Below, piece by piece: positions 6,653 through 16,260 of a stretch of 41,167 nucleotides of DNA (position 1 is the first letter of the stretch; each line of letters opens with the position of its first letter). This stretch comes from Candidatus Methanofastidiosia archaeon (lineage in GTDB: Archaea; Methanobacteriota_B; Thermococci; Methanofastidiosales; NM3): assembly GCA_020854925.1 (NCBI GenBank), contig JAHKLV010000140.1:1-41167 (forward strand), read 5' to 3'. A program made the translations under genes and the position numbers. The notes below the pieces were generated by a model. It searched no databases. It was not told the DNA's origin and worked only from the letters and a program-made list of their open reading frames with translations.

Positions 6653-9307
6653 ATGAGCCTGTTGCGAAGATATAGCACCCATGTCATGCACCATCCGTCA
6701 AAAGCCATTGCCGCCTTGGTCCTACTCACCCTCCTTTTCGGATGGGCCGCATCAGGCGTCTCGTTTTCCTCTAATGAGGAGGACTTTCTCCCCACATCAG
6801 ACGTTGCCCAGGCGAATGCCACGGTAACCAAGCTCTTTGGTTCACAGGGCAGCGCGGTCACCATCGTAGCATCGTCCGATGCAAATGCCTTATCCCGTGA
6901 TTCGCTTCTATCGCTGCTTGCGCTTGAAAAAGACCTGCTCGCCTCCGACGCCGCCTCTGGCATTATTGAACGTTCGTACCGGTCGCCAACAGGCATACGT
7001 TCGGTGGCGTCGCTTGTCGCCCAGAGTCTGTTTGCCGCCGAGGCGTTCCAAGCGATTGCGGCGGAGCCCGGTGCCTATCCAGGGGATGCTGAAGCGGTGC
7101 AAGGAGACGTGCTGGCGGCGATGCTTTCCCTTACCCCGGAGGACATGCGCACCATCGTCTCGGGAGGACAGTATGACCTTGGCCTTGGCGGTATGCCCCT
7201 CACCCTTACCTTTGCACCGTACGAACCGGAAATGCTCGGTGAGCTCATCGGTGCTTCCCCTTTTCCCGATGCGTTCTCATTCCTCATCTCACGCGACTTT
7301 GACCCGGAAGGAGGTACGGCGAAGCGGACCATCATGAGCGTTTCACTTGCCGAAGGCGTGCCGGAAGCCGCACTCGTAAAGGGCGAACAGGAAATGGCCG
7401 CCCTGGCTGAGAATCGTGGAATAAGTGATGGTACCCTGACGTACCGTGTCCTCGGCGATGCCCTCGTGTCCCAGGCCATTACGGACGCCTCGGGAAAGAA
7501 CATCGGCATGATCATGACCCTTGCCCTCGTGCTCGTGGTGGCCATCCTCGCCTTTGTCTACCGGAGCATCAGGGACATGGCACTCACCATCCTCGCCCTC
7601 GGCATGGCGATAACCTGGGTCTTTGGCGCTGGAAGGCTCCTTTCGTTTAGCTTCAATCCGGCAATCACCACCGTGCCCGTGCTCATCATAGGGTTGGGCA
7701 TCGACTATGGCATCCACTACAACATGCGCTACCGGGAGGAGGTACGAAAAGGGCTCGGCTCGACACCGGCGCTCATCGAGGCAGGTTCCACCGTGGGATT
7801 CGCCATCTTCCTTGCAACCGTCACCACGTTGGTGGGATTCCTGAGCAACGTGTCGTCCACCGTTCCCTCCATACGGCAGTTCGGCATTCTCTGTGCCATC
7901 GGCATCACCAGCTCATGGATAGTCATGGTGACGTTCTTCCCTGCCGCAAAGGCCATCCTTGACGGGAGAAAGGAACGCAAGGGCTTGCCCCTCGTGCCTG
8001 CCCCCTCCGACAAGACGAGAGGCTGGGGATGGGCCAAGGGCAGAACGGAGTCGCACGGATGCCCGGACCCGGTATGTGCTTCGGGACGGGCATCCATCAA
8101 CAGGATAGTCGGCCTGGGGGCAGTTGCCTCGCGCCGTCCGGCGCTCGTCCTCGCCGTATTGGCCGTCATCACCATCGCCGGTGCGTATGAAGGTCTTCAG
8201 CTCGAGGCGCGCTACGACTTTCGTGACTTCCTCCCCGATGGCATTGAGGAAACACGCACCACGAACATCATCTTCGACGAGTTCTCGTTTAGCACCGAGG
8301 TCATAACGATCCTTGCCACCGGAGACGTCGCCGACCCAGCGGTCCTTTCGGCCGCTGCAGAGGCGGAACAGGCTGCGCTTCTGAGCCCGTACGCCGTGCT
8401 TTCCGAACCGTACGAGACCCCCCTTGCCCTAGCACGCCAGCTCGCAACACCCGGCTCGCCCACGTATGACAAGGCAGTGGCAGCGTGGTGGCAGACCGCA
8501 GACCGTGATGGGGACGGTTTGCCCGACCCCTCGCTCGACAGCGAGCAGATAACGGAACTGTACGACCTGCTTTTTGCAGCCGTTCCTGATGCGGCAGGGA
8601 GGGTGCTTCATCGTGAAGGCGGCAGGTACACTGCCATGGCCCTCCGATTTCCTGTCAACAGCCGTAACGGCGTGCTCGCACCGGAGGTGACGGCTTCCAT
8701 CGTCGCCGCGTCGGGGCCGTTGGAGGCACTTGAAGGAGGACCACTCTCAGCTGCGGTGGTAACGGGGGGGCCCGCCGTACAAAACGAGATACTCTCCTCC
8801 ATCAACGACAGCCAGATATCGTCGGTGGGACTTACCCTCCTCGCCTCACTCCTCATCCTCACCGCGCTCTACAATTCGCTGAAACGGTCTAAGGCACTCG
8901 GATTCATCACGCTGCTACCCCTCGTCTTTGTCATCATATGGACGGCGGGCGGCATGCATCTCCTCGGCATACCCCTCAATGTGGTGACCGTCACCATTGC
9001 GGCAATAACGGTAGGGCTTGGCATCGACTACAGTATCCACGTGACACAACGATTCCTTGAGGACGTACAAACCTACGAAACCGCCGATTGCGCCCTGTGC
9101 GTGGCGGTGCACCATACCGGCAGCGCCCTCTTTGGCTCCGCTGCGACGACCGTGCTGGGATTCGGCCTCCTGTCACTTTCCATCATCCCCCCACTCTCAC
9201 AGTTTGGAAAGGTGACGGCGCTCAGTGTCGCGTTCTCCTTCCTTGCAGCCGTCTACGTGCTGCCGACGTTTATCAAGCTGTGGTACGGGAGCGCAAAGAA
9301 AAAATAA
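6653..9307 (+). CDS. MMPL/RND-superfamily membrane exporter
   Basis: 884 aa. Two blocks, each made of one TM segment, a large soluble loop and a cluster of about 5 TM segments (roughly residues 285-450 and 720-880). This layout is typical of MMPL/COG1033-type RND exporters. Confidence 0.8.
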   Translation: MSLLRRYSTHVMHHPSKAIAALVLLTLLFGWAASGVSFSSNEEDFLPTSDVAQANATVTKLFGSQGSAVTIVASSDANALSRDSLLSLLALEKDLLASDAASGIIERSYRSPTGIRSVASLVAQSLFAAEAFQAIAAEPGAYPGDAEAVQGDVLAAMLSLTPEDMRTIVSGGQYDLGLGGMPLTLTFAPYEPEMLGELIGASPFPDAFSFLISRDFDPEGGTAKRTIMSVSLAEGVPEAALVKGEQEMAALAENRGISDGTLTYRVLGDALVSQAITDASGKNIGMIMTLALVLVVAILAFVYRSIRDMALTILALGMAITWVFGAGRLLSFSFNPAITTVPVLIIGLGIDYGIHYNMRYREEVRKGLGSTPALIEAGSTVGFAIFLATVTTLVGFLSNVSSTVPSIRQFGILCAIGITSSWIVMVTFFPAAKAILDGRKERKGLPLVPAPSDKTRGWGWAKGRTESHGCPDPVCASGRASINRIVGLGAVASRRPALVLAVLAVITIAGAYEGLQLEARYDFRDFLPDGIEETRTTNIIFDEFSFSTEVITILATGDVADPAVLSAAAEAEQAALLSPYAVLSEPYETPLALARQLATPGSPTYDKAVAAWWQTADRDGDGLPDPSLDSEQITELYDLLFAAVPDAAGRVLHREGGRYTAMALRFPVNSRNGVLAPEVTASIVAASGPLEALEGGPLSAAVVTGGPAVQNEILSSINDSQISSVGLTLLASLLILTALYNSLKRSKALGFITLLPLVFVIIWTAGGMHLLGIPLNVVTVTIAAITVGLGIDYSIHVTQRFLEDVQTYETADCALCVAVHHTGSALFGSAATTVLGFGLLSLSIIPPLSQFGKVTALSVAFSFLAAVYVLPTFIKLWYGSAKKK

Positions 9308-9328
9308 GGGCACGTACAAAGGGTCTCC

Positions 9329-10252
9329 ATGGGACATATGTCGACGGTACGGGCGGTGGTGGCCATGGGGCGGTTCCACTTCCTTCTCAGCGGCCTCCTC
9401 CTCTACGGTCTTGGCGCACTCTTTGCCCTAATTGCGGGCGCCGCCCCGCCCCGTTCCCAGGTCGTATGGGGATACGCGGTCCTCATGTTCGGTCACCTCT
9501 CGGTATCATACAGCAACGACTACTTCGACTATGAAACGGACAAAAAAGGTATGCAGACGCCGTTTTCAGGGGGTAGTGGCACGCTCCAGCGTATGCCTGG
9601 CCTTCGCCCGCTCGCCCTGCGCATCGCATGGGGGCTTATTGCCTGCTCCGTACTCCTCGGCACCGCCTTTGTCTGGCACTTCGGATTCTCGCCGGTCTTT
9701 ATCCTTGCCATCATCGGAGGAAATCTCTTGGGGTACTACTACTCGGCGCCGCCGCTTTCCCTCTCCTATCGCGGGTGGGGCGAGCCCGCAACGACGGCGG
9801 CGACAGGCATCGTGGTCCCGGGTATGGGGTATGCGTGTGCTGGCGGCGGATGGTCCCCCGTGCTGGCGGCGCTGCTCCTCCCTGCCGTCTGCTACGGCTT
9901 GGCCTTTATCCTCACGGTGGAACTCCCCGACAGGGAAGAAGACAGCGCAGGAGGCAAACAGACGCTCGTTGTGAAGAAAGGAAGGGATGCTGCTGCCAGC
10001 ATCATACTCGCGACCTGTATTACGGCTACGGCGCTTACAGGGTTCATGAGCATCGCCGGCTGGTTCCCAACTGGAATCGAAAGTGCCGTTGCCATCTTGC
10101 TGAGTTGCATCCCTCTCGTGTCAGCGGCATACACCATACGGCAGCGCCCGCTATCAAAACCGATGTCGCACCGCATCGTGGTGACGAACATGAGCGCAAT
10201 CATCGGCTATGTGCTGCTTTTCGACCTCTATCTTCTTTCTCTTCTGGCCTAG
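9329..10252 (+). CDS. UbiA-superfamily aromatic/isoprenoid prenyltransferase (MenA-like motifs)
   Basis: 307 aa, polytopic. Asp-rich motifs NDYFDYETD and DREEDSAGGKQTL. Starts 21 nt downstream of the MMPL gene. Confidence 0.8.
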   Translation: MGHMSTVRAVVAMGRFHFLLSGLLLYGLGALFALIAGAAPPRSQVVWGYAVLMFGHLSVSYSNDYFDYETDKKGMQTPFSGGSGTLQRMPGLRPLALRIAWGLIACSVLLGTAFVWHFGFSPVFILAIIGGNLLGYYYSAPPLSLSYRGWGEPATTAATGIVVPGMGYACAGGGWSPVLAALLLPAVCYGLAFILTVELPDREEDSAGGKQTLVVKKGRDAAASIILATCITATALTGFMSIAGWFPTGIESAVAILLSCIPLVSAAYTIRQRPLSKPMSHRIVVTNMSAIIGYVLLFDLYLLSLLA

Positions 10253-10726
10253 CTACTGCTCGTCTGCCCCCTCGTCGGTACCCCCTTTGCTCGAGGGGCA
10301 CGTTCCCCCTTGGCATCCCGAGCAGGGAGGGATGTCAAGAACCATAAGGTGCGGCCTTTTCACATAATGACGGTCTATCTCGCGAGCGATCTCGTGGAGA
10401 TTGTTGAGAAGCAAGTGGAGGGATGAGACACCGTGGCGTATCTCATCAGCATACTCTTGGGCATACGGGCCAGCGGCGGCATCCTCAAGATAACGCCGTA
10501 TCCGCAAAAAAAGCTCCTCGAGATGGGCGCGATGGCGCGCTGCCGCCTTGCGCAGTTCCTCGTCCCCGACAGAGTCGACATGAGCGTAGAATCGATCTAC
10601 CAGTGCTCGCAGTTCCCCAAGCGCGCCGAGAGCGTCCTTTGTCCCGGCACCGGGGCGCAGGCCGCTATAGAGACGTTCCGTCCGGGGTATCACAGCATCA
10701 CGAAACAGGTCTTCAACAGATTCCAT
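10253..10726 (-). CDS. Hypothetical helical protein with a C-terminal Cys-rich tail
   Basis: 157-aa ORF with helical heptad-like sequence and tail PPCSGCQGGTCPSSKGG. Diverges from the rhodanese gene. No family recognised. Confidence 0.5.
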   Translation of the reverse strand: MESVEDLFRDAVIPRTERLYSGLRPGAGTKDALGALGELRALVDRFYAHVDSVGDEELRKAAARHRAHLEELFLRIRRYLEDAAAGPYAQEYADEIRHGVSSLHLLLNNLHEIAREIDRHYVKRPHLMVLDIPPCSGCQGGTCPSSKGGTDEGADEQ

Positions 10727-10816
10727 AGGGCATCACTACTCCAGGGAAGCACCACTGTAAAAACATTTCTTTTTTCTGTGAAAAAATACTAATAGGTGCA
10801 GCGCATATGTTCAGGT

Positions 10817-11668
10817 ATGGAACATCACTGCGTAGTCCACCATGTCACGCCCGAATGGCTCAACGACCAGAAAGGCGATGTGAAGATACTTGATGTGCAG
10901 CCAAACATCCACGATTACCTGCAGGAGCACGTGCCAGAGGCCGTGTTCTGCAACGAGGGCCTCTTTCGCGTACCGAAGCTTGGCAGGCCGGGAGCCTATG
11001 TTGATGAGGCGGTAATAGCGTCGCTTTTCGGGCGCCTCGGCCTGATGAGGGACACGCCCGTGGCAGTTTACACGGCAAAGGGTGTCTTCTCCTCAATCGG
11101 AGACGGTCTGGGGCAGACGATGGCGGCGTATACCCTCGCCCGGTTCGGTGTCAAAGATGTCTATGTACTCGACGGTGGCCTTGACGTTTGGAAAGAACAA
11201 GGATATGAGACTACGCAGGCATTTCCCTATGTCGAGGAAACGAGGTACACGCCGGTGGTGCGCTCAGACTTGTTTCTGACATACGAGACGTTTGTAGATA
11301 TCAAGGACAACGACGGTGTCGTTGTGCTTGACGCTCGGCCGCCCCACTTCTACGAGGGCAGGGGGCCATGGATTAAGCCGGGTCACATACCGGGCGCGAT
11401 AAACTTGCCATGGAAGTCGCTCATGCATGAAACAAATCCCGCAAGACGCAAGGACATCTCATGGATACGCTCACTCCTTGAAGACCGCGGTATCACCCCT
11501 GACAAACGCATCATCTGCAGCTGCGGGACTGGTCGCGAAGCCACGAACGAGTTTGTGCTCTTCAAATGGGTCCTCGCATATCCGGATGTGCAAATTTATG
11601 AAGGGTCGTTTACGGAATGGTCCTCGCATCCGGAAAATCCCACGGTAACAGGCCCGGAACCGAGGTAG
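10817..11668 (+). CDS. Tandem-rhodanese sulfurtransferase (thiosulfate/3-mercaptopyruvate sulfurtransferase-like)
   Basis: Two rhodanese domains, with catalytic loop CSCGTGREAT in the second. I prefer ATG 10817 over the ORF-track GTG 10796. TAG stop. Confidence 0.85.
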   Translation: MEHHCVVHHVTPEWLNDQKGDVKILDVQPNIHDYLQEHVPEAVFCNEGLFRVPKLGRPGAYVDEAVIASLFGRLGLMRDTPVAVYTAKGVFSSIGDGLGQTMAAYTLARFGVKDVYVLDGGLDVWKEQGYETTQAFPYVEETRYTPVVRSDLFLTYETFVDIKDNDGVVVLDARPPHFYEGRGPWIKPGHIPGAINLPWKSLMHETNPARRKDISWIRSLLEDRGITPDKRIICSCGTGREATNEFVLFKWVLAYPDVQIYEGSFTEWSSHPENPTVTGPEPR

Positions 11669-13057
11669 GTGGACCACGTGTTTTTCACGCGCATCGAATC
11701 CAAGGGGCTTGCCCACTACTCGTACTTCGTGGCAGACAAGACCGATGCGATAGTCATCGACCCGCGACGTGACATCGATGTCTACCTGACGCTTGCTCTA
11801 CAAAACGGCTGCACCATTCGCCATGTGTTCGAAACCCACCGCCATGAGGACTTTGTGGTGGGGACCCCAGAGCTGGGTGCACGGACGGGCGCCACCCTCT
11901 GGCACGCCGACCCAGAACTCCCCTATACCTACGGGGCACCCGCGGAGGATGGACAGACGTGGAAGGTGGGGCGATTGCGCCTTTCGGCACTACGGACACC
12001 GGGACACACACCAGGAAGTTTGAGCTACGTGCTTGATGACCCCAGCGGCGAACCGTGGATTGCCTTTACCGGCGACACCCTCTTCGCAGGGGATGTGGGG
12101 CGGGTGGACCTCATGGGCATGGATCGTGCGCCGGGGCTTGCTGCTGAGCTGTATGACAGCATCTTTGCAAAGCTGCTTCCCTTGGGCGATGGCATCGTAG
12201 TGTGCCCTGCACATGGTGCTGGTTCGGTATGTGGTGAAACTATCGCCGAACGTACGTGGACAACTTTGGGCATTGAACGCCTGCGCAATCCGAAGCTACG
12301 GGTCGCATCGAGGGAGGCATTCATCGCCTCAGCGGCGGTGGAGCTTGAGCGGCCACCCTACTTTAGGAGAATGGAGTCGTATAATGTGCTTGGCGCTCCG
12401 CCCTTGGCCGGATTACCCCTCCCGCGTGCCGTGTCCCCCAAACACCTGCATGCCGAACGTGCAGGTGGGGTGGTCATCGACACAAGAAGCGAAACGTGCT
12501 ATGGTGCGGCACATGTGCCAGAATCCGTATCCCTCTGGGAAGAAGGTCTCTCCGCCTTTGCGGGATGGTATGTGCCTTACGACACGCCACTCTACGTAGT
12601 GTGTGACCCGGGGCATGAGCAGGAGGTGTGTACCCTCCTCTCACGCATTGGGTACACAGACATACGCGGATACTTGGCAGGAGGCATGCTAGCGTGGCAC
12701 ATGGCCGGGCTCCCCAGCATGGCTACGGCCATGACGACCGTCCAAGGCCTGTGTCGTGAACTTGATACACAGGGCGACCAGTACATACTTGATGTGAGGA
12801 CAGAAGGCGAGAGAAAGGCACAGGGAGCCATCCCCAGCGCCCTAGAAATACCTGCCTCGTTCATTCCAAAACGGTATCGTGAAGTTCCCCAAGACACGAA
12901 AACGTATGTCTTTTGCGGAAGCGGGCTGCGTTCCATGATGGTTGCAAGCTTTCTTGCTTCAAAAGGGTGGGAATCCATCCACGTCGTGCTCGGCGGTATC
13001 GCAGGATGGTCGTCGACAACATGCCCACTGGAGCATCAGTCGTCATCGGAACAATAA
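11669..13057 (+). CDS. Metallo-beta-lactamase-fold protein fused to two rhodanese domains (CstB/persulfide dioxygenase-like architecture)
   Basis: 462 aa with a GTG start directly after the rhodanese stop. MBL motifs HRHEDF, GHTPGS, GDTLFAGDVGRVD and CPAHG. These are followed by rhodanese-like domains with loops VVCDPGHEQ and FCGSGLRS. Confidence 0.8.
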   Translation: MDHVFFTRIESKGLAHYSYFVADKTDAIVIDPRRDIDVYLTLALQNGCTIRHVFETHRHEDFVVGTPELGARTGATLWHADPELPYTYGAPAEDGQTWKVGRLRLSALRTPGHTPGSLSYVLDDPSGEPWIAFTGDTLFAGDVGRVDLMGMDRAPGLAAELYDSIFAKLLPLGDGIVVCPAHGAGSVCGETIAERTWTTLGIERLRNPKLRVASREAFIASAAVELERPPYFRRMESYNVLGAPPLAGLPLPRAVSPKHLHAERAGGVVIDTRSETCYGAAHVPESVSLWEEGLSAFAGWYVPYDTPLYVVCDPGHEQEVCTLLSRIGYTDIRGYLAGGMLAWHMAGLPSMATAMTTVQGLCRELDTQGDQYILDVRTEGERKAQGAIPSALEIPASFIPKRYREVPQDTKTYVFCGSGLRSMMVASFLASKGWESIHVVLGGIAGWSSTTCPLEHQSSSEQ

Positions 13058-13647
13058 GCATCGAGCGTCGAGGCACCGTTTGTGTTCGATTCGACAATGC
13101 TGTGAGCTGAGCGGCGCAGGGTATCAGTCATCGATTTCCTGAAATAGGGTAGATTCCTGCGCTTTTCACGATATTGGCTCCGATAGTATACCTCCCAGAG
13201 TGCTTCTGAGGACTGTGGGGAGGAATCGCACCCAAGCATATCCCGCAGAGATGCTAGGACCGATGCAAGGGCTGGTCCCTCTGTCTGTACCACGCCTTCT
13301 GTTCCATACAAGCACATCCACGAGTGGTAAGCGTTTCCCAGGATGATAACAGTGTGTGGATACCGCCTGGCAAGCAGCTCAGCCACAAGCTCACCCACGT
13401 CGTGACGGGGCTTAAGATACCCATATGATGCGTAGGCACCGTATGCCGTGAGCCGTACAAAGCCCCTGAGCATGTGGACCTCTTTCCGGACAGAAGCAAC
13501 CATCCTACGTATGGAGGCGTCCCTCCCATCGATAGCGAATTCTATATCCTCTGCCTTTCTTCCACGTGCGTATGCTGCAAGCTTTGGCGTGCACTGGTCA
13601 TGGCGAAGAAGATACTGGAAAAAGTTGTACGGTATTGTCATGGTCAT
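13036..13647 (-). CDS. DUF4130 / TIGR03915-type probable DNA metabolism protein
   Basis: Pattern EVHMLRGFVRL...YLKPRHDV...RYPHTVIILGN matches my recollection of the family. ATG at 13647 makes an ATGA overlap with the stop of the partner radical SAM gene. The ORF track starts 66 nt further upstream. Confidence 0.7.
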   Translation of the reverse strand: MTMTIPYNFFQYLLRHDQCTPKLAAYARGRKAEDIEFAIDGRDASIRRMVASVRKEVHMLRGFVRLTAYGAYASYGYLKPRHDVGELVAELLARRYPHTVIILGNAYHSWMCLYGTEGVVQTEGPALASVLASLRDMLGCDSSPQSSEALWEVYYRSQYREKRRNLPYFRKSMTDTLRRSAHSIVESNTNGASTLDAYCSDDD

Positions 13648-14861
13648 GCCATCCACCTTGCGAGGAGTGAGTCGTGCCAGCCCCCCAAGGAGAGATAAGG
13701 GGAAGCGCGACACATGACGACCCCCATGGCCGCCAACTCCTTTCTAGATCGTATGCTGCCCCTTGTGCGGGCTGCAAGTATGCGGCGTGCGCTTACGGGC
13801 CCGATGCCAGGAACACGCAAGAGCTCGTCATAGGATGCGATGTTGGGATCCACAGGGCTGAGACCAGATGCTTGTGCTATCGCACGTTTGGGGTCGGTGT
13901 TTGCGAGATGGTCACTGCAGTCAAAAGCCGACATTAGCTCACATGAGGAATAATGGTAGATACGGTACAGCCAATCCATTTGATAGAGACGATGTTCACG
14001 CCATGCTGGTTGCATGCATTGAGATTCAAGAATCGTCCCCGGAACGGGTGTAAAAGCAGAGTAGTAAACCCTTTTTAGACCAAATTTGTGGTATTCCCGC
14101 ACTGTTGCCTTAAAAATCTCAACATCAGTCTCTCCCGCTCCCCCTACCACGAGCTGTGTTGTCTGACCCGCTGGGGCCCCTTCTTTGCTTACGAATCGTT
14201 GGATATACCGCTGACGGCGAAGAATGTCTGTTTTGAAATCCTTGGTGGCGCAGATTTCGGACAGACGGGAAGAAGACGGGACCTCTATGTTTACGCTCAC
14301 ACGGTCTGAAACGCTCATGGCCCGCCGAATGTGGTCCCTGTCAGCGCCGGGCAATATCTTAAGGTGTACATACCCCTGGAATCGATAGGCGGTGCGAAGC
14401 ATTTCTGCCGTTTCCACCATAGACGCCATAGTCTCGTATTCGTCTGCACCAACCCCAGAACTTAGAAACAATCCTTCAACGTAATTACCACGGTACAAGT
14501 CCATAAAAAGTGAGGCGAGTTCATGCGGGGTATAAGAATATACGGCACCCCCACTTGAACACGAAGCGTTCGAGCAGTATGCACACTCATGGGTGCAAGC
14601 GTTGGTGTAGAGTGTCTTGAACATGCTCACGCAACGGCCATCGTGTGCATAGGCATGGCATATTCCTCCCGCGCATACATTGCCTATGCGGTCAATCCCC
14701 GAAACGCTGCGCGGGCTAGCCGTTGAGACGCATATGTCATGCTTAGTGGCCTCGCCCAGTGCGTAGACCTTTTCGATGTCGGGGCGAACAGAAGGGGCAG
14801 GCCCCTCAGAATCAAATCTCCCCTGGCGTGCAAGGGCGATCATCCTTTCCATGCGTTCCAC
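13644..14861 (-). CDS. Putative DNA modification/repair radical SAM protein (TIGR03916-type) with C-terminal helix-hairpin-helix
   Basis: 405 aa. Radical SAM motif CTHECAYC (CX3CX2C). C-terminal HhH LLRVPGIGPVSARRILAAR. GTG at 14861, with in-frame ATGs at 14852 and 14843 as alternative starts. Confidence 0.85.
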   Translation of the reverse strand: MERMERMIALARQGRFDSEGPAPSVRPDIEKVYALGEATKHDICVSTASPRSVSGIDRIGNVCAGGICHAYAHDGRCVSMFKTLYTNACTHECAYCSNASCSSGGAVYSYTPHELASLFMDLYRGNYVEGLFLSSGVGADEYETMASMVETAEMLRTAYRFQGYVHLKILPGADRDHIRRAMSVSDRVSVNIEVPSSSRLSEICATKDFKTDILRRQRYIQRFVSKEGAPAGQTTQLVVGGAGETDVEIFKATVREYHKFGLKRVYYSAFTPVPGTILESQCMQPAWREHRLYQMDWLYRIYHYSSCELMSAFDCSDHLANTDPKRAIAQASGLSPVDPNIASYDELLRVPGIGPVSARRILAARTRGSIRSRKELAAMGVVMCRASPYLSLGGWHDSLLARWMA

Positions 14862-14884
14862 ACCTACCCCTCAGGCAGGAATCA

Positions 14885-14892
14885 TAAATACC
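14885..14892 (-). promoter_or_regulatory. TATA-like element for the radical SAM/DUF4130 pair
   Basis: The minus strand reads GGTATTTATGA. Its centre lies about 26 nt upstream of the 14861 start codon. Confidence 0.4.
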
Positions 14893-14916
14893 TGTGGAAA
14901 GAGAGCAAAGGTAACG

Positions 14917-16257
14917 TCAAAGTCCATGTGTCTGCAGATAGGGCCCCATGTCAAACTTGCGTTCGAGCCCCCGGTCGTTCATGTACCGTATGGTCCCAAA
15001 GATGTCCCGCTCCTTCCAAGGCCTATCGTGCTTGCCAAACACCCATGCCACGCCCGCATAGCCGTTTGGATCCCTTCCATCGATTTCGTACGTATTGTTC
15101 AGGGACAGGGCAGTATGATATGCCTCATTGAGGGAGCTCGTCCATTCAAGGATCTTTTTTCCCCAGTACATGCGCATGTATCCGTGTATGTATCCCGAAA
15201 AAACCATCTGCCGCTGTGCCGCATTCCAATATGGGTCGTGCGTTTCTGCAGCCTCGAGCTCGCGTATGGTATAGATGTATTCCCTTGCGTCATTTTCATG
15301 GGCGAGGAGCGTTTGGCTCGCCCATGAAGGAAGGGATAAAACGGTATCGTAGTCCTTGTTAAAATGAACAAAGTTAAAGGCGAGTTCCCTTCGCACTACC
15401 ACCTGCTCAATAAAGGCCTCAAGACCCCTTCCGCCAGAGCGTATGGCATCACGTATCAGGGTGACTGGTGAAAGCTGCCCATAGTGCAGATAGGCACTCA
15501 GGTGAGAGGTACAGTCCTGAGAGGGATCATTGCGGCATGTGTCATACCGATGCAGGGCTGTGTGCAGGAAGCTATTGGCCTGTGAGAGGGCGGCTCGCTC
15601 CCCTCCCCCACCAGAATGAGTTGTTCCTGGTGCTACGTCACCAGCGTAGGCACCAAGAAGGTGTTTCGCCTCTGTAAGCTCCATATCCCCCCTCACCTTG
15701 CGTGATGGGCGAGGCACCGGGACGGGATCGAGAAAACGGGATAACGCCTTCATGAGGCGGGGGCGGAGTACTGCCGCCGAATATGCCTCCCGTTCCATGG
15801 CATACGATACGGGGACCACAACAGCGGTCTCCACAACATGGACGGGGCATGTCGCAACGTCGCAACAAGCTGAAAGCCAGGCGCGATGATGACGAAGGGG
15901 TTTGTCATCAGTTACAAGTACGGCCGCTTCAGAAAGAAGGGATGCGATACTATCAGGAGGACTGCCCCGCACTACCTGGAAGGCTATGCCTGCATCGGCG
16001 AGCGAAAGGATGACATCCGACACTCCGGAAAGAAACCAGGTATGGGAACGGTCGGTTGCATCGGGATACGTATCATCAAGGCAGACGACCACGAGAAGGG
16101 GGATGTCGTGGTGTGCCGAGAGCTGTGCTGCATGCGAGAGTGCGTGATTGTCGGTCAGACGCATGGCAGACTGCATCCAGTACAGCACATACGCACCTCG
16201 AATAGGATAACCGCTGCCAAGAACGTGTATCCGCTCTGCCGCTACAGACTCGCTCAT
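14917..16257 (-). CDS. phr: Class II CPD deoxyribodipyrimidine photolyase
   Basis: 446 aa. N-terminal YVLYWMQSAMRLTDNHAL and C-terminal HGYMRMYWGKKILEW...DPNGYAGVAWVFG, both typical of class II photolyases. Confidence 0.9.
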   Translation of the reverse strand: MSESVAAERIHVLGSGYPIRGAYVLYWMQSAMRLTDNHALSHAAQLSAHHDIPLLVVVCLDDTYPDATDRSHTWFLSGVSDVILSLADAGIAFQVVRGSPPDSIASLLSEAAVLVTDDKPLRHHRAWLSACCDVATCPVHVVETAVVVPVSYAMEREAYSAAVLRPRLMKALSRFLDPVPVPRPSRKVRGDMELTEAKHLLGAYAGDVAPGTTHSGGGGERAALSQANSFLHTALHRYDTCRNDPSQDCTSHLSAYLHYGQLSPVTLIRDAIRSGGRGLEAFIEQVVVRRELAFNFVHFNKDYDTVLSLPSWASQTLLAHENDAREYIYTIRELEAAETHDPYWNAAQRQMVFSGYIHGYMRMYWGKKILEWTSSLNEAYHTALSLNNTYEIDGRDPNGYAGVAWVFGKHDRPWKERDIFGTIRYMNDRGLERKFDMGPYLQTHGL

Positions 16258-16260
16258 CCC

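Noticed and set aside
11666-11671. Amber (TAG) stops directly abutting the in-frame start of the next gene: rhodanese/MBL-rhodanese at 11666, HD/nuclease at 29748, and mvhD/FeS protein at 35412. In a Pyl-decoding methanogen, read-through could produce fusion proteins.
   Set aside because: By my count 11 of 43 confidently called CDS in this window end in TAG, so TAG behaves as an ordinary stop. Zero-gap junctions are automatically in frame. No pyl genes or PYLIS-like context can be assessed here. Checking would need the genome-wide pylTSBCD status and proteomics for junction peptides.
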